64,000 bases of DNA, from positions 61,690,001-61,754,000 of the forward strand of contig OX597825.1 of the NCBI GenBank assembly GCA_951406725.2, read 5' to 3'. The position numbers and the translations under genes are program-made. The number at the start of each line of letters is the position of its first letter. Positions within the stretch are counted from its first letter, which is position 1. Below are positions 50,350 through 63,751 of this stretch, piece after piece. Source of the stretch: Octopus vulgaris. Lineage: Eukaryota. Below the pieces are notes generated by a model, which saw nothing but the letters and a program-made list of their open reading frames with translations, was not told the DNA's origin and searched no databases.

Positions 50350-52050
50350 GATAAGCGATTACCACCCATCAAAATAAATAAAGAAACTTAAAACTTTCAT
50401 TCATCTACACCAGAAGGACTTAACAAAGACTGCAACTACTTAATGAGTTTTCAATGCAAAACCAATAATTCATATAGAGTTCTCAAAATTTCTAAGTGTA
50501 ATATGATATGCAATACATGTAAAAAATCAGTTTTAAGGTGTATAAATATTCCACTAATCAACAATTTTGAATTAAGATTAAATGTAGCTGGCCTAAGATG
50601 AGAAACACATAGACCAATCAAATGAGTAGAGGTACTGCTGAAAACCACACCAGAGAAGATTTGGACCTACTAATTTAAACCCAGACAAAGTTAAGCACTG
50701 GTATTGTATTATTTGAAAGAAGAAATTTCTAATCTTCTATCCCACATAACTTATGACTAAAACCCATGAAATCCTGGCTTGAAAATTTTCCAATGAAATC
50801 TCAGAACAAATACAAAAAATATTAATTATTGAAGGATTTAAATTCATCCAACAAAATGTTTTTTGATTTAATGGTGGTATTTGCTAAATGCCACTATTAA
50901 AGCAGAAAAAATATCTGAGACTGTGATGGCGACAAAGATTTCCCTGATGAATGGGATTTTGGACATAGCTTACTTAGAAGTCTAAATATAAGAAAAAATA
51001 GACAAAGACACTTAATCAGCTTCTTTCAGAAAATTGGAAATGGGACTTAGATGACTATTCCATTCTTTAGAGCCACAATCTTGACCAACTACATGATTTC
51101 AAAATGTTAATCATCATCATCATCATCATTTAACTTCTGCTTTCCATGCTAGCATGGGTTGGACGGTGAAAAAACATTCAAGCAAGGTCGTTGCCAGTGT
51201 CACTGGACTGGCTCCGGTGAAGGTGGCACATAAAAAGCACCATTTTAGAATGGCCATTGCCAGTACCACCTGACTAACCCTCGTGCCAGTGGCACGTAAA
51301 AGCACTCACTACACTCTCGGAATAGTTGGCATTAGGAATGGCATCCATCTGAAGAAACTCTGCCAGATCAGATTAGAGCCTGGTGCAGCCATCTCGTTCG
51401 CGAGACCTTGGTCAATTAATAATAAAAATAATATACAGTTCACAGTGGAATACAGTCAAAATCAATTAACCTTCCTAGATATTTCAATAATAAAAAAAAC
51501 AATCAAAAGTTGAATGCAACATACACTATAAATTGTACTTACTGTTTAATTCTTTCCACCCAAAACAGGCAAAAGTAAATTTACCGTTTGATCTCACATG
51601 AAGAATATGGTCGACATTTGTGAATTTTGAAACTTGAAATTTAGTACCTAGTAAAGCTAATTGGAAATAGAATCAAATACTCTATGTTACATTACAATAT
51701 ACAACCCAAGAAATACAAACAACATACAACATTATTCAACAAAGTATTCCATTATTGAAGCAAGTCTGAAGAAGTGGGGGGTTGGGGTGAAAATGCACTC
51801 AAAATACACAAAATAATAAGAAACAAAAGACAACAAAATACATAAAATATTTACCAGTGCCAAATTATTCAGCACAGAAGCAACAACAACAATAGTAAAT
51901 TATGGTCACCCTAACTGCAAAATCTGCATCAACTTTATAGAAAACACATAAAAATTTAAATCAGGTGATACTTTTGCTATGAAAATAATGCTTTTTCTGT
52001 TTGTAAATGAATTTAATTTATGCAATGATTGGATTGAATGAAAATATATT
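50350..52050 (+). mobile_element. Decayed Penelope-like element (RT and Cys/GIY-YIG start)
   Basis: Motifs YLMSFQCKTNNSYRVLKI (cf. FYGLPKIHK), VAG..ETHR, MATKI...AYLE, LDD, NIQFTVEYSQNQLTFLDISI and NCKIC...NLIYA. Confidence 0.72.
51111..51415 (-). mobile_element. Family D element with inverted 5' segment
   Basis: The tail (51111-51167) is on the minus strand and the remainder (51168-51415) is in the opposite orientation. Confidence 0.8.
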
Positions 52051-52388
52051 TTTACTTCATTTGCATGTAAATAATATTTGTGGATTATTATTGCAATATT
52101 TAAAAACTGTTTTTGTCAAATCTTTGTTCCTGAAACAGAAGTGTATACAAAGGAAAAAATAATGTTGACTTCAAAATTTTATCATTAATCAATAGTACTC
52201 TGTGACATCACTGTGATTTATAACATCAGAGTGTTAAAGTTCTGTTTTTACTATCAAATACTACATAACTTATTTGACCATTTGATCAAAGTAAAATTTG
52301 TAATTTTAAATCAAATTATATTAAACATTTATACAAAAGAAATACTTAATGATATCAAAGAAAACCAGATTATTGTCTGAGGGCTAAG

Positions 52389-52426
<38 letters not shown>

Positions 52427-52466
52427 CTTTATTTATTTTTTTACATTAATCTTAATCTTATTTCGG

Positions 52467-52506
52467 CTAGAGTTCTTTCATCACACTTCTGTGACCTCAT
52501 CAGTGG
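52467..52506 (-). ncRNA. Hammerhead motif, inverted copy with two substitutions
   Basis: Minus strand CCACTGATGAGGTCACAGAAGTGTGATGAAAGAACTCTAG. Confidence 0.68.
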
Positions 52507-52607
52507 ACCTTTGCTTTCTTCTTTCCTATTGTGTTCCTCTCCTTACTAGCGATCAGTCATTTTGTATTAAAAAGAGACACACAAATAAGAAAGAAGAAAG
52601 CAAAGGA

Positions 52608-52647
52608 CCACTGATGAGGTCACAGAAGTGTGACGAAAGAACTCTGG
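52608..52647 (+). ncRNA. Minimal hammerhead ribozyme motif
   Basis: CCA-CTGATGA-G-GTCACA-GAAG-TGTGAC-GAAA-GAAC-TC-TGG: intact core and a perfect 6-bp stem II. Confidence 0.78.
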
Positions 52648-52954
52648 CAGAAATAAGATTAAGATTAATGTAAAAAATAAAGCTGAAGCAAATTAGCACC
52701 AAATATACAGTGTGTGCATGTGTGTATATATATATATATATTTTTTTTTTTTTTCTTGAAACAGTCACTATAGTTCCATAATATGAAATTACTAAATAGT
52801 GACATAATTGGTATCACCTGTTCAATAGAAGAACGTTTGGTTGATTTTGTCAAGGAATTATTTGTCCAACAGGAATTGCAGAAAGATTTAGTTAAAATGA
52901 TCAATATGATTCCAAATTAGGAAATTACTAAAAACTGGTAAATTAAAAGGCTTC

Positions 52955-53648
52955 AAATTTTGGCACAAGGCCAGCAATTTTGGTGGAGGAGATAAGTCAG
53001 TTATATCAATCAACCCCAGTATTCAACTGGTACTTATTTTATCAGCCTTGAATAGGTGAAAGGCAAAGCTGACTTCAGCAGCATTTGAACACAGAATGTA
53101 AAGATGGAGAAAATACTGCTAAGCAATTTTGCTGGTGCAACACCAATTCTTTTCTACTCTAGACTCAAGGGCCGAAATTTTTGGGGAGGGAGTCAGTTGA
53201 TTAGATCGATCTCAGTACACAACTGGTACTTAGTTTATTGACCCTGAAAGGATGAAAGGCAAAGTCGACCTCAGCAGAATTTGAACTCAGAATGCAAAGA
53301 CAGATGAAATACCTCTTTCTTTACTACCCACAAGGGGCTAAACATAGATAGGACAAACAAGGACAGACAAATGGGTTAAGTCAATTATATCGACCCCAGT
53401 GTGTAACTAGTACTTATTTAATCAGCCCCGAAAGGATGAAAGGCAAAGATGACTTCGGTGGAATTTGAACTCAGAATGTAGTGGCAGACGAAATACCACT
53501 AAGCATTTCACCTGGCATGTTAATGTTTCTGCCAGCTTACCACCTTAAGGTGCAGTAACAATTCTACCAGCCAGCCACCGTAAGACAGGTGAAATGCCAT
53601 ATAGCATTTTTTCCAGCATGCTAACAATTCTGCCAGCAAACCATTTTA
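52955..53648 (-). mobile_element. Nested family C SINE cluster: a dimer (53151-53548) inside an older monomer
   Basis: Three GAAAGGCAAAG cores. TSD-like GGTGCAACACCAATTCT / GGTGCAGTAACAATTCT (14/17 identical). Confidence 0.8.
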
Positions 53649-54273
53649 AATACTAGCATAATTTATACATCTGTTTCAATAGGAAACAGATAGGCAGATA
53701 TTGTTAAAAAAGAAATTAGGAACTGTTTATCCAACAGGAATTGAATAAAGAAAATTTAGTTGAAATAGTCACTTCTGTTCCATATTACAAACGTAAGTCT
53801 GATGTGAATTAAACAGATTCACCATTTAGCGTAGAAATTGTAAATGATGAACAACAAATTCCACAAATCTGGAAGACAATTTTATTAATTTTAAAGAGAA
53901 CTAAAGCAATGTATGAAAGTCATTACATTGATTTGGAAAAAAGTTACAGTCTAAAATTACAGGTATCATGAGACAGCTGTATATGTTGAACACAGAAGAA
54001 GAACCAACGCATCAGTATCATCATCAATGTCTTCAGTGTTGGTACAGGTGATAATCAGACAGTGCACACACACACACACACACATATGGATTCACACACA
54101 TGCACACACATACAAAAGTAAAATGAACTGTTCTACTATCTTGAAGTGAAAATGGCAGCCAATAAGACAATTACTATATAAAGAGGTCATATATAAAGAT
54201 ATGCTCTTTTACTGGTTTCAGTCATTGGATAGCTCCCATGTTCAGATACCAACTCAAAGATTTTAGTCAAGCA

Positions 54274-54495
54274 TATTGCATTGGCCAAAAATCCATTCAG
54301 TTTTTAAAGCAAGAATGACACACAAGTTTTGAACACTGAGTATTTTTTTATCAGTCAATGGTATAATTACTGTTTATTACAATACCTTCTTCTATCTTGT
54401 AGGCAGATCCATTATTCTCTATTCAAAGAATTCCTTGTCTTTACAGGTAAAATAATCTCTTCCAGGACAATTTTTATGACCTGTTCAGAGTTAAA
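54274..54495 (-). mobile_element. Mariner remnant (transposase C-terminus plus TIR)
   Basis: Minus strand KDKEFFE*RIMDLPTR*KKV. TIR-like TATTGCATTGGCCAAAAA..TTCAGTTTTT. Confidence 0.6.
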
Positions 54496-54504
54496 GGTAT
54501 AAAC

Positions 54505-54935
54505 ATACCAAAATCGGTTGTTTAGTGATAGGGGGGGGACAACCACAGATACACACATATAAATACACACACACACATATCATCATCATAATCATCATCG
54601 TTTAGCGTCCGCTTTCCATACTAGCATGGGTTGGACGGTTCAACTGGGGTCTGGGAAGCCAGAAGGCTGCACTAGGCCCAGTCTGATCTGGCAATGTTTC
54701 TATGGCTGGATGCCCTTCCTAACGCCAACCACTCCATGAGTGTAGTGGGTGCTTTTTACGTGCCACTGGCACAGATATATACACAAAAATACCCACAAAA
54801 AACTTCTTTCAGTTTCTATCTACCAAATCCACTCACAAGGCTTTGGGTGGCGCGAGATTATAGTAGAAGATATTTGCCAAAGGTGCCATGCAGTGGGACT
54901 GCAAGCGTCTTACCATAGAGCCACGTCTGCGACTC
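54505..54935 (-). mobile_element. SINE family B interrupted by a family D element (54580-54772)
   Basis: The two B halves flank a D 3' end inserted in the internal microsatellite. Confidence 0.75.
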
Positions 54936-54947
54936 TAGAGATATCTA

Positions 54948-55127
54948 CATAGGTGCAAGTGTGGATGTGTGGGAAGAAGCTTGCTTCCTAACCATATGGT
55001 TTGTGTTTCAGCCCTACTGCATGGCAACTGGGGCAAGTGTCTTCTACTATAGCCTCAGGCCACCCAAACCCTTCTGAGTGGATTTTTGGTAGACAGAAAC
55101 TGGAAGAAGACTATCGGATATATATAT

Positions 55128-55190
<63 letters not shown>

Positions 55191-55387
55191 TAATGCAAAC
55201 AAGAAAACAAAAAGACAACAACGCAAGGACATGGAACAAATAAAGTATTATTGGACGCTCAGGAAAGAAGGGAAGATGTTTCGAGCAGAGCTCTTCGTCA
55301 GAAACATAGGAGAAGGAAAGATCCTGAGAAGGGAAGACAGAGGAAAAAAATCGCTAGTGATACACACGAGGTCACATACTAAAATAG

Positions 55388-55428
<41 letters not shown>

Positions 55429-55785
55429 GTATCTGTATAAATATTTGTGTGTGTGTGTGTGTGTTTGTTCCCCCACCATCGCTTAACAACCAACACTGGT
55501 GTGTTTATGTTCCTGATCTGGTGTGTTTATGTTCCAGATCTGACTGGGCCTGATGAAGCCTTCCAGCTTCACAGACCCCAGTTGAACCGTCCAACCCATG
55601 ATAGCATGCAGAACGGACGCTAAATGATGATGATGATGATGTAACTTAGTGGTTCAGCAAAAGAGCCCTGTAGAATAAGTACTAGGCTTGCAAAGAATAA
55701 GTCCTGGAGTTGATTTATTTGACTAAAGGCTCTTCTCCAGCATGGCTTCAGTCAAATGACTGAAACATGTAAAAGAATAAAAGTA
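54948..55785 (+). mobile_element. SINE family B interrupted by a hammerhead mini-element (55188-55390) and a family D 3' end (55536-55640)
   Basis: 5' half at 54948-55115; 3' half at 55445-55785, split at TTCC|GTAACTTAG. Confidence 0.78.
55275..55304 (-). ncRNA. Hammerhead core motif with damaged stem I
   Basis: Minus strand TTT-CTGACGA-A-GAGC-TCT-GCTC-GAAACATC. Related to 60058-60093. Confidence 0.55.
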
Positions 55786-55845
55786 TATATATATATATAT
55801 ATTGTAAAGAGGGAAAGAGAGAGATGAATTGATTAATAATTAGAC

Positions 55846-55891
<46 letters not shown>

Positions 55892-56425
55892 TTAATGCAT
55901 GCATATATGTCTGTTCCTCCTTGTGTATGTGCATATGTATGTGCATGTATGTGTGTGTATGTGTGTGTATAAAATAATAGATATGATGTGGATTACAATG
56001 AGAATGGGTAGAGAGAAAAGGATAAATGTTTGAATAAAGAAGAAAAAGAAAATAAGAAAAGCAGAAGGTGCTATGTGGGGGAGGCAAAAAAGGGAAAGTT
56101 GTGAATCAAAATATAATAAATAATTCGAAAAATAATAACTAAATCGAAATAAAACAAAAGCACAACAGAGTTCATAGCTCAAACGATCAGCTCCAAAAGT
56201 GGGTAAATTCTTATTTATCACTGTCAAAAATCCATAAAAATAGTCAATATGACAGTTTATCGTTTTGGTTTTTTTTTCTTCTCAGTATTGAGAATCTCTA
56301 GAATTCACAGATTTATTTAGAAAGGAAGAACTGCTCTTTTGAGAAAGTTAAAACTGCATTTTTATCCTTTGAATAAAATCTTTGTGTTCAACTTGAAATT
56401 CTGAATAATAATGATGATAATAAAG

Positions 56426-56463
<38 letters not shown>

Positions 56464-56519
56464 AAATGAAAAAAATAACAATAATGATAATTCTAATAAT
56501 TTAAATAATTTCTTTTATC

Positions 56520-56577
<58 letters not shown>

Positions 56578-56879
56578 TAATCATAACAACAATGGTAGTA
56601 ATAACGAAAATAATAATATTGTTGCAAAGAAGAATTTTTGTATAGTTTTTGGTGAGAATGTGTTTACATGAAGAATAGACACGATAATGGTGGAACACCT
56701 GTTGTGAAATCTGTATAGTTCAGACTATATCAGAAAAACTACACAAGGAAACCTATTTTAAGTAAAGGTGGTTTTTAAAGTAAATATCTTATGAATATAT
56801 AGACATAGAGATACAGATACACACACTCACACACAACACACACATGCACACATACACACACACGCATACATGGGCACAC

Positions 56880-57325
<446 letters not shown>

Positions 57326-57907
57326 TATGATAACTAAGTTTAACTATATGTGAGACACTAGAATATACAATACTGTCTTTGTGATATTCAATGCAATAGA
57401 AATTCGCTTTAAGGGTTCAGATTCCTTAAAAATTATTTTGTTTTATCGTATCATAGTTCCACTAAACCACACATTGGGCTTTCATTCTTTTCTTAATGGA
57501 GGAAAGATAACACCAGAAGTCAGATGTGTATCTTTTATGTAAATATGACTTAAAATGACATAATACTACGATATGGTATATGCCACATTTATATTTGAGA
57601 ATAGCTCTGCTTTATCTGTCACTTTTAAAAGAGTTAACAAAAATGTTATAAGGTATTGTTATATTCTTTTGTTTCAGTAATTTGACTGTGGCCATGCTGG
57701 ATCACTACCTTACAGGGTTTTTAGTCAAAGAAATCAACTCCAGGATTTATTTTTGTAGTACTTATTTTATTAGTTTCCTTTGCCGAACCACTAAGTTACG
57801 GAGACATATAGACACGAGCATCAGTTGTCAACCAATATTGGTGGAAAAAATACAGATGCACACACAAAAATATATACACACGTATATATATACATATATA
57901 CATATAT

Positions 57908-58326
57908 TCTCTTTTACTCTTTTACTTGTTTCAGTCATTTGACTGTGGCCAAGCTGGAGCACCGCCTTCAGTCGAGCAAATCGACTCCGGGACTTATTCT
58001 TTGTAAGCCCAGTACTTATTCTATCAGTCTCTTTTGCCGAACTGCTAATTGACGGGGACGTAAACACACCAGCATCGGTTGTCAAGCAATGCTAGGGGGA
58101 CAAACACAGACACACAAACACACACACACACATATATATATATACATATGTACATATATACGACAGGCTTCTTTCAGTTTCCGTCTACCAAATCCACTCA
58201 CAAGGCATTGGTCGGCCTGGGGCTATAGCAGAAGACACTTGCCCAAGATGCCACGCAGTGGGACTGAACCCGGAGCCATGTGGTTGGTTAGCAAGCTATT
58301 TATCACACAGCCACTCCTGCACCTAT
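57908..58326 (-). mobile_element. SINE family B, full length (preceded by an older 3' half at 57665-57870)
   Basis: Family B consensus in reverse. Confidence 0.93.
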
Positions 58327-58907
58327 ATATACTTATTACAACAAAATTTTATATACAGTTACCTAAGGTTTCACACCCACAAAAGCAAAGCATTGTGGAG
58401 AGCTCATCACACCCTATATAAAGACAAAATTTTAAAATAACTATGTTGCAGATGTGAGGAAATGCTCAAGACTTGAGGAATATGAGAAAATGTTAATGAA
58501 TACAGGTTATTTCCCCTTAATCAGAGGGAAAAAATCTTTATAGACTCAGAGAGGCTTTACAAGCAAATGGAGAGATCCAGTTTTCTAGTAAGTAGTGCTT
58601 GAAGTGGATATATTTAGAAAACAATTCTTTGTGGCTGTTTAATGCACCAAGCTTCTTAAAGTCCTTAAGAATTTTGGTTCTCTACATGAGGCAGATCTCA
58701 GAATGGCCACTTCCATTAATATACAGGATGATAAATATCAATTAATTTCCACCTGACATTACACAGAGTCCCTTGAACTTTGAGGTGTCACAGATGGCGG
58801 GCCACAGACGTGACAAACCATTTTTCTAGGATTCTGAAGGTTGACTGGTGGTTCAGAAAATGTTTCTTGAATGAAGTATTCGCCAAACCAATATATTTAT
58901 AAACATA

Positions 58908-59300
58908 AAGGTGCAGGAGTGGCTGTGTGGTAAGTAGCTTCATTACCAACCACATGGTTCCGGGTTCAGTCCCACTGCGTGGCATCTTGGGCAAGTGTCT
59001 TCTACTATAGCCTCGGGCTGACCAAAGCCTTGTGAGTGGATTTGGTAGACGGAAACTGAAAAGAAGCCCGTCGTATATATGTATATATATATATATGCGT
59101 GTGTGTGTTTGTCCCCCTAGCATTGCTTGACAACCGATGCTGGTGTGTTTATGTCCCTGTTACTTAGCGGTTCGGCAAAAGAGACCGATAGAATAAGTAC
59201 TAGGCTTACAAAAAGAATAAGTCCCGGGGTCGAGTTGCTCGATTAAAGGCGGTGCTCCAGCATGGCCACAGTCAAATGACTGAAACAAGTAAAAGAGAGT
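58908..59300 (+). mobile_element. SINE family B, full length
   Basis: Family B consensus. Confidence 0.94.
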
Positions 59301-59699
59301 ATAAGATGTGGCCCTATTTGCACTCCTGGGTGTGTTTCTTTCTGATACATGATTTTTTATTAACTAAACACACACACACACACATATAAATATGATGGGC
59401 TTCTTCCAGTTTCCATCTACCGTAACTTTTCACAAGGCTATAGTAGAAAACATTTGTCCAAGGTGTCATGCAGTGGAACTGAACCTTGAACCCTATGGTT
59501 CTTGCTACACAGCCACGCCTGTACCTCTGTAAGTGGATATCAGCTCTGCATTTGTTCTTTATTCCTGGTTGTGGTTTATGATGTTATGTTCCATGATTGA
59601 AATATTTATTGCACACTCATGAAGTGTTTGTTGTTAAGTACAAAGTAAATAAGTTCGCTGGAGATTGCTGTCTTTGAGTCTGGGGAACCATAATTGTGG

Positions 59700-59915
59700 G
59701 TGCTCAGTTTCCATAGTGTAGAAGTGATTGAAATCACAGCAGTCATTCTGAATGGGACACCAGTGTGTTGCAGGTTTGTTCATTTGCAGCTGAGTAGAGT
59801 GGAACAATGTGAAATGAAGTGTGTTTCTCATAAACACAACTCACTACTCATTCTAGGAATGGAAACCACAATCTTGCAATTGTGAGTACAACACCAGAGC
59901 CACTGAGCCACTTGC
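59700..59915 (-). mobile_element. SINE family A, degenerate
   Basis: ATGGGACACCAGT...GCAGCTGAGT...GAAATGAAGTGT...GAAACCACAATC. Confidence 0.65.
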
Positions 59916-59956
59916 TGTCACAATTGTTAGAAGTTGGTGTGTGTATAAAATACACC

Positions 59957-59987
<31 letters not shown>

Positions 59988-60057
59988 TGTATTCGCCATG
60001 ATAGATTGCTAGCCACTACACATTATTTTTTTTCTCTCCTTGTTTGTTTCTGTGTTC

Positions 60058-60093
60058 CTTTCTGTGGAAGAGCGTAGGCCCGAAACGTTAAAG
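60058..60093 (+). ncRNA. Hammerhead-like motif with variant core, inside a TA-flanked mini-element (59990-60183)
   Basis: CTTT-CTGTGGA-A-GAGC-GTAG-GCCC-GAAACGT-T-AAAG: stem I CTTT/AAAG and palindromic AACGTT. Confidence 0.6.
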
Positions 60094-60271
60094 ACTTTTT
60101 CACTTCCTGTGTGTTAAACTAATACATCTGTTTGTCGTCTACACCACCTGTCTTCATCTTTTGTTTTTTTGTGAATTCTCCCTATATCTATCTATCTATC
60201 TATCATATTTATCTATTTATCTATCTATCTACCTACCTATCTCTCTATCTCTCTATCTATCTATCTATCTA

Positions 60272-60310
<39 letters not shown>

Positions 60311-61960
60311 GTGCATATGTGTTAGGTTAATATTTATTTTTATAGTTTAAATACCTTCGCACTCTTTTAGCTTCACTTTATGTCCTGTAACTTAGTGGTT
60401 CAACAACTAGATATTAATAAAATATATACCAGCACTAGTAAGGATTGTCTCATAACTTGCAAAGCTAACTGCCTAAAGAGGTCCCAATGACTGAGAGAGA
60501 ATAAAAGAGAGAGTAGGCAAGGATTCTAAGAAGTGGAATGCAAATGGTAAGAGAAAAGGATGGGATGAGTGTTGCTGGGAAGAGGAAGAAGGGAAGGAAT
60601 TTTTGACAGGAATTATTGCGGGAAAAGTGGAGGGACAGAGTGGAAAAGTAATAGGGCAGCATGCGTAGGGATTGTATAAGGAAAGTTACATCTTTTAATT
60701 TTCTCTAGATATTTTATCATGGAAGATTCGAATCAAAGTAATTCTGAAATAATACTGCATTTTATGATAAATCCTGTTTTATTTATTTGCATGTCACTCT
60801 ATGTATGAATGCACACAACATATAAATACATTGCTATGTATTCTGCCATATAAATAATCTGATTTATAATTGTTTGTTCATAGGCTAGCAGAACATAAAT
60901 TAAAAATCAAAGCTGGTATACATGGGGTCAGCATGAAAAGTCAGAAATTGTTGATTGTATTCAGTAAAGCAAGGACAACGAAAAATTCTTGCCAAATATT
61001 CTCTATTGCTAAAAGGAATTATTTAAATGCTGCCAACTTGCTGACAGAATTGGTCAATACAGCATCCAATTAAAACAGTTCAGATTTAATAATTAGTTTT
61101 CTCTAAAATTCAATTGAATTTTACAAGCATTTGTTTTATATCCGTTTGTATCTATTTGTGTGCACTAAAATAGAGCTGGATAGTGTTCACAATATTTTAA
61201 TAAAATAGTTTTCATTGTGTAATTAATTATATGCCCCCCACCCCCACCACCACCACCACATACATATATATTATATGTGTTTGTGTACTCACACACATAT
61301 AGCAATTACATCTAAGAAACCTTCTGCGTATTTGATAGAATTTATCTCACATGAACTTTTACTGATAAATTCTACTTTCACTATCAGCTTACCTAATCAT
61401 TTTCTGTATTTTGGTTATGGCCAGTTGCCTAACACACGTGACATCATGTTTCCTTTCCTATAAACTAAAACTTTAACTTTTCATTAGTTATTTTGAAGGC
61501 TTTTGGCTCTAATATCTGTTTCCAAGTATACTGCTTCTTTCCCAAAATTTAACTGAATTCGTTACAAGAAGTAGTTCATGCATGTACAAGGGCTTCCAAA
61601 TATGACATGTTTCAGTTCTCTCGCTCTTTCAACCACATGGTCCTGCTTTCAATTCCACCATTTGCCTCTAGGACAAATGAATTTTACCATAACCTTGAGC
61701 CTAGTGAGTGTAATTGGATAAAGAGAAACTATAAAGAAACCTCTTTGATGGATTTTATTTGTAATTTAAGTCATAGCACATGGCCTTGTGATTAAAATGT
61801 TGCTCCCGTGATTGCCTGATAAACATTTTCAATTTTTGGAGTGGGTGATGCATTGTTCTCTGATCAATTTGACATCTGACCAGTTGCACATCATGCACCT
61901 GTACAGGTAATATTGATTTAATGGAGGGAGTGAGTTCTTGTACGGCAAAAACATTTGATC

Positions 61961-62358
61961 ACTCTTTTACTCTTTTACTTGTTTCAACCATTTGACTGTG
62001 GCCATGCTGGAGCACTGCCTTTAGTCAAGCAAATTGACCCCAGGACTTATTATTTGTAAGCCTAGTACTTATTTTATCGGTCTTTTTTGCTGAACCACTA
62101 AGTTACGGGGACGTAAACATACCAGCATCGGTTGTCAAGTGATGTTGGGGTGGACAAACACAGACACACAAACTCACACACATATACATATATACAACAG
62201 GGTTCTTTTAGTTTCCATCCACCAAATCCACTCACAAGGCTTTGGTCAGCCCAAGGCTATAGTAGAAGATACTTGCCCAAGGTGCCACACAGTGGGACTG
62301 AGCCCAGAACCATGTAGTTGGTAAGCAAGCTACTTACCACACAGCCACTCCTGCGCCT
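61961..62358 (-). mobile_element. SINE family B, full length
   Basis: Family B consensus in reverse. Confidence 0.93.
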
Positions 62359-62816
62359 TTATACTATAAACAAGTTAATTGTGCAGGTTGTTTAGCAAGA
62401 AATTGCTGATCCCTCATCTCTCATCTATGATAAGAGAGTTCACAATTTGTAATTTAAAACACCCTTTTAACACTGGTATACTAATTTCACCTGAAATTAA
62501 TATTAAGGATACTTCAGTCTATGGAATATTCAGCTGCTTATATGCTAATGTCATTGAGTAGATTGTGCACTAGATCAAACAACTGAAATATCATCGTGGG
62601 AGCTGATGGAGATCTTTTTATATATTAATGACATTAAAAAATGTATACAATGTCATCATCATCATCACTATCATTTTAAGTCTGTTTTCTATGCTGGCAT
62701 GATGATGGTGGTGGTGGTGGCAGCGGCAGAGGTTGTGGTGGTGGTGGTGGTAGTGGTGATGGTGGTGGTGGTGGTGATACTGGTGGTAGTGGTGTTGGTG
62801 ATATGGTTGTGATGAT

Positions 62817-63051
62817 AGGCGGCGAACTGGCAGAGACGTTAGCACGCCGGGTGAAATGCGTAGCCGTATTTTGTCTGCCGTTACGTTGCGAGTTCAAATT
62901 CTGCCGAGGTCGACTTTGACTTTCATCCTTTCTGGGTAGATAAATTAAGTACCAGTTACGCACTGGGGTCGTCGTAATCGACTTAATCCGTTTGTCTGTC
63001 CTTGTTTGTCCTCTCTGTGTTTAGCCCCTAGTGGGTAGTAAAGAAATAGGT
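62817..63051 (+). mobile_element. SINE family C, full length, inserted in a (GGT/GAT)n tract
   Basis: Family C consensus. Confidence 0.94.
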
Positions 63052-63751
63052 GATGATGATGCAGATGATGATGATGATAATGACGATGGTGGCGGTGGCG
63101 GCGGCAGCATTGGTGGTGGTGATGGTGGTTGTGGCAGCAGCAGTGGCAATGACGACAATGATGACGACCGACAATGTCGATAATATATTTCCTTTGCAGA
63201 GCTACATTTGACTCTGCCTGTTAATTTTCTTTTCTTTTCTTTTCTTTCTCTGGTTTTGTCTTGTTGATTATTAATGTTATTATTATTATTTTTTTTTTTT
63301 GCTTAAATGAAATAATATTTTCTGTTCTGGTAAACAATACAAAATAAATTGTTGTTCATTGATCCACAATTAAGTGTGTTTTTATCAAAATAAATAAATA
63401 AATAAACAAAATAAAAAAGTAAAAAAAACACACTGACAAACAAATATAAACTCAATTATGTGTTAATTAACGTTTTGTAAGATGGATGGATGAGCAAATC
63501 TTCAGTGTAGCCTGTGTTTAGCAATAGAAGACTGTTGTGTAATTTCTTATAAGTATGGTGATGAGGATGTACATAAGAAGGAAGTTTAGGAAGTAGTAGG
63601 AAAAGTGTCACATAAATAATTATTCAATAAGGGTTGGTGGTGGTGGTCTGTAATGGCAAGACATGAATTTGAGGAGAGCAACAGAAACTGCAGTGGAGAG
63701 TGGAGTAATTAACGTTTTGGACAGAATCTTTCATATGGATAAGGATGATAT

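Larger units (their letters stand above)
52425..52684. repeat. ~110-bp-arm inverted repeat (PLE-type inverted end) carrying two hammerhead motifs
   Basis: Arms at about 52425-52540 and 52574-52684 are near-perfect reverse complements and sit next to (TA)n. Confidence 0.9.

Noticed and set aside
56100-56400. Enhancer (TGACAG x2, CCATAAAA)
   Set aside because: Short motifs are expected by chance in AT-rich DNA, and no conservation data are available.
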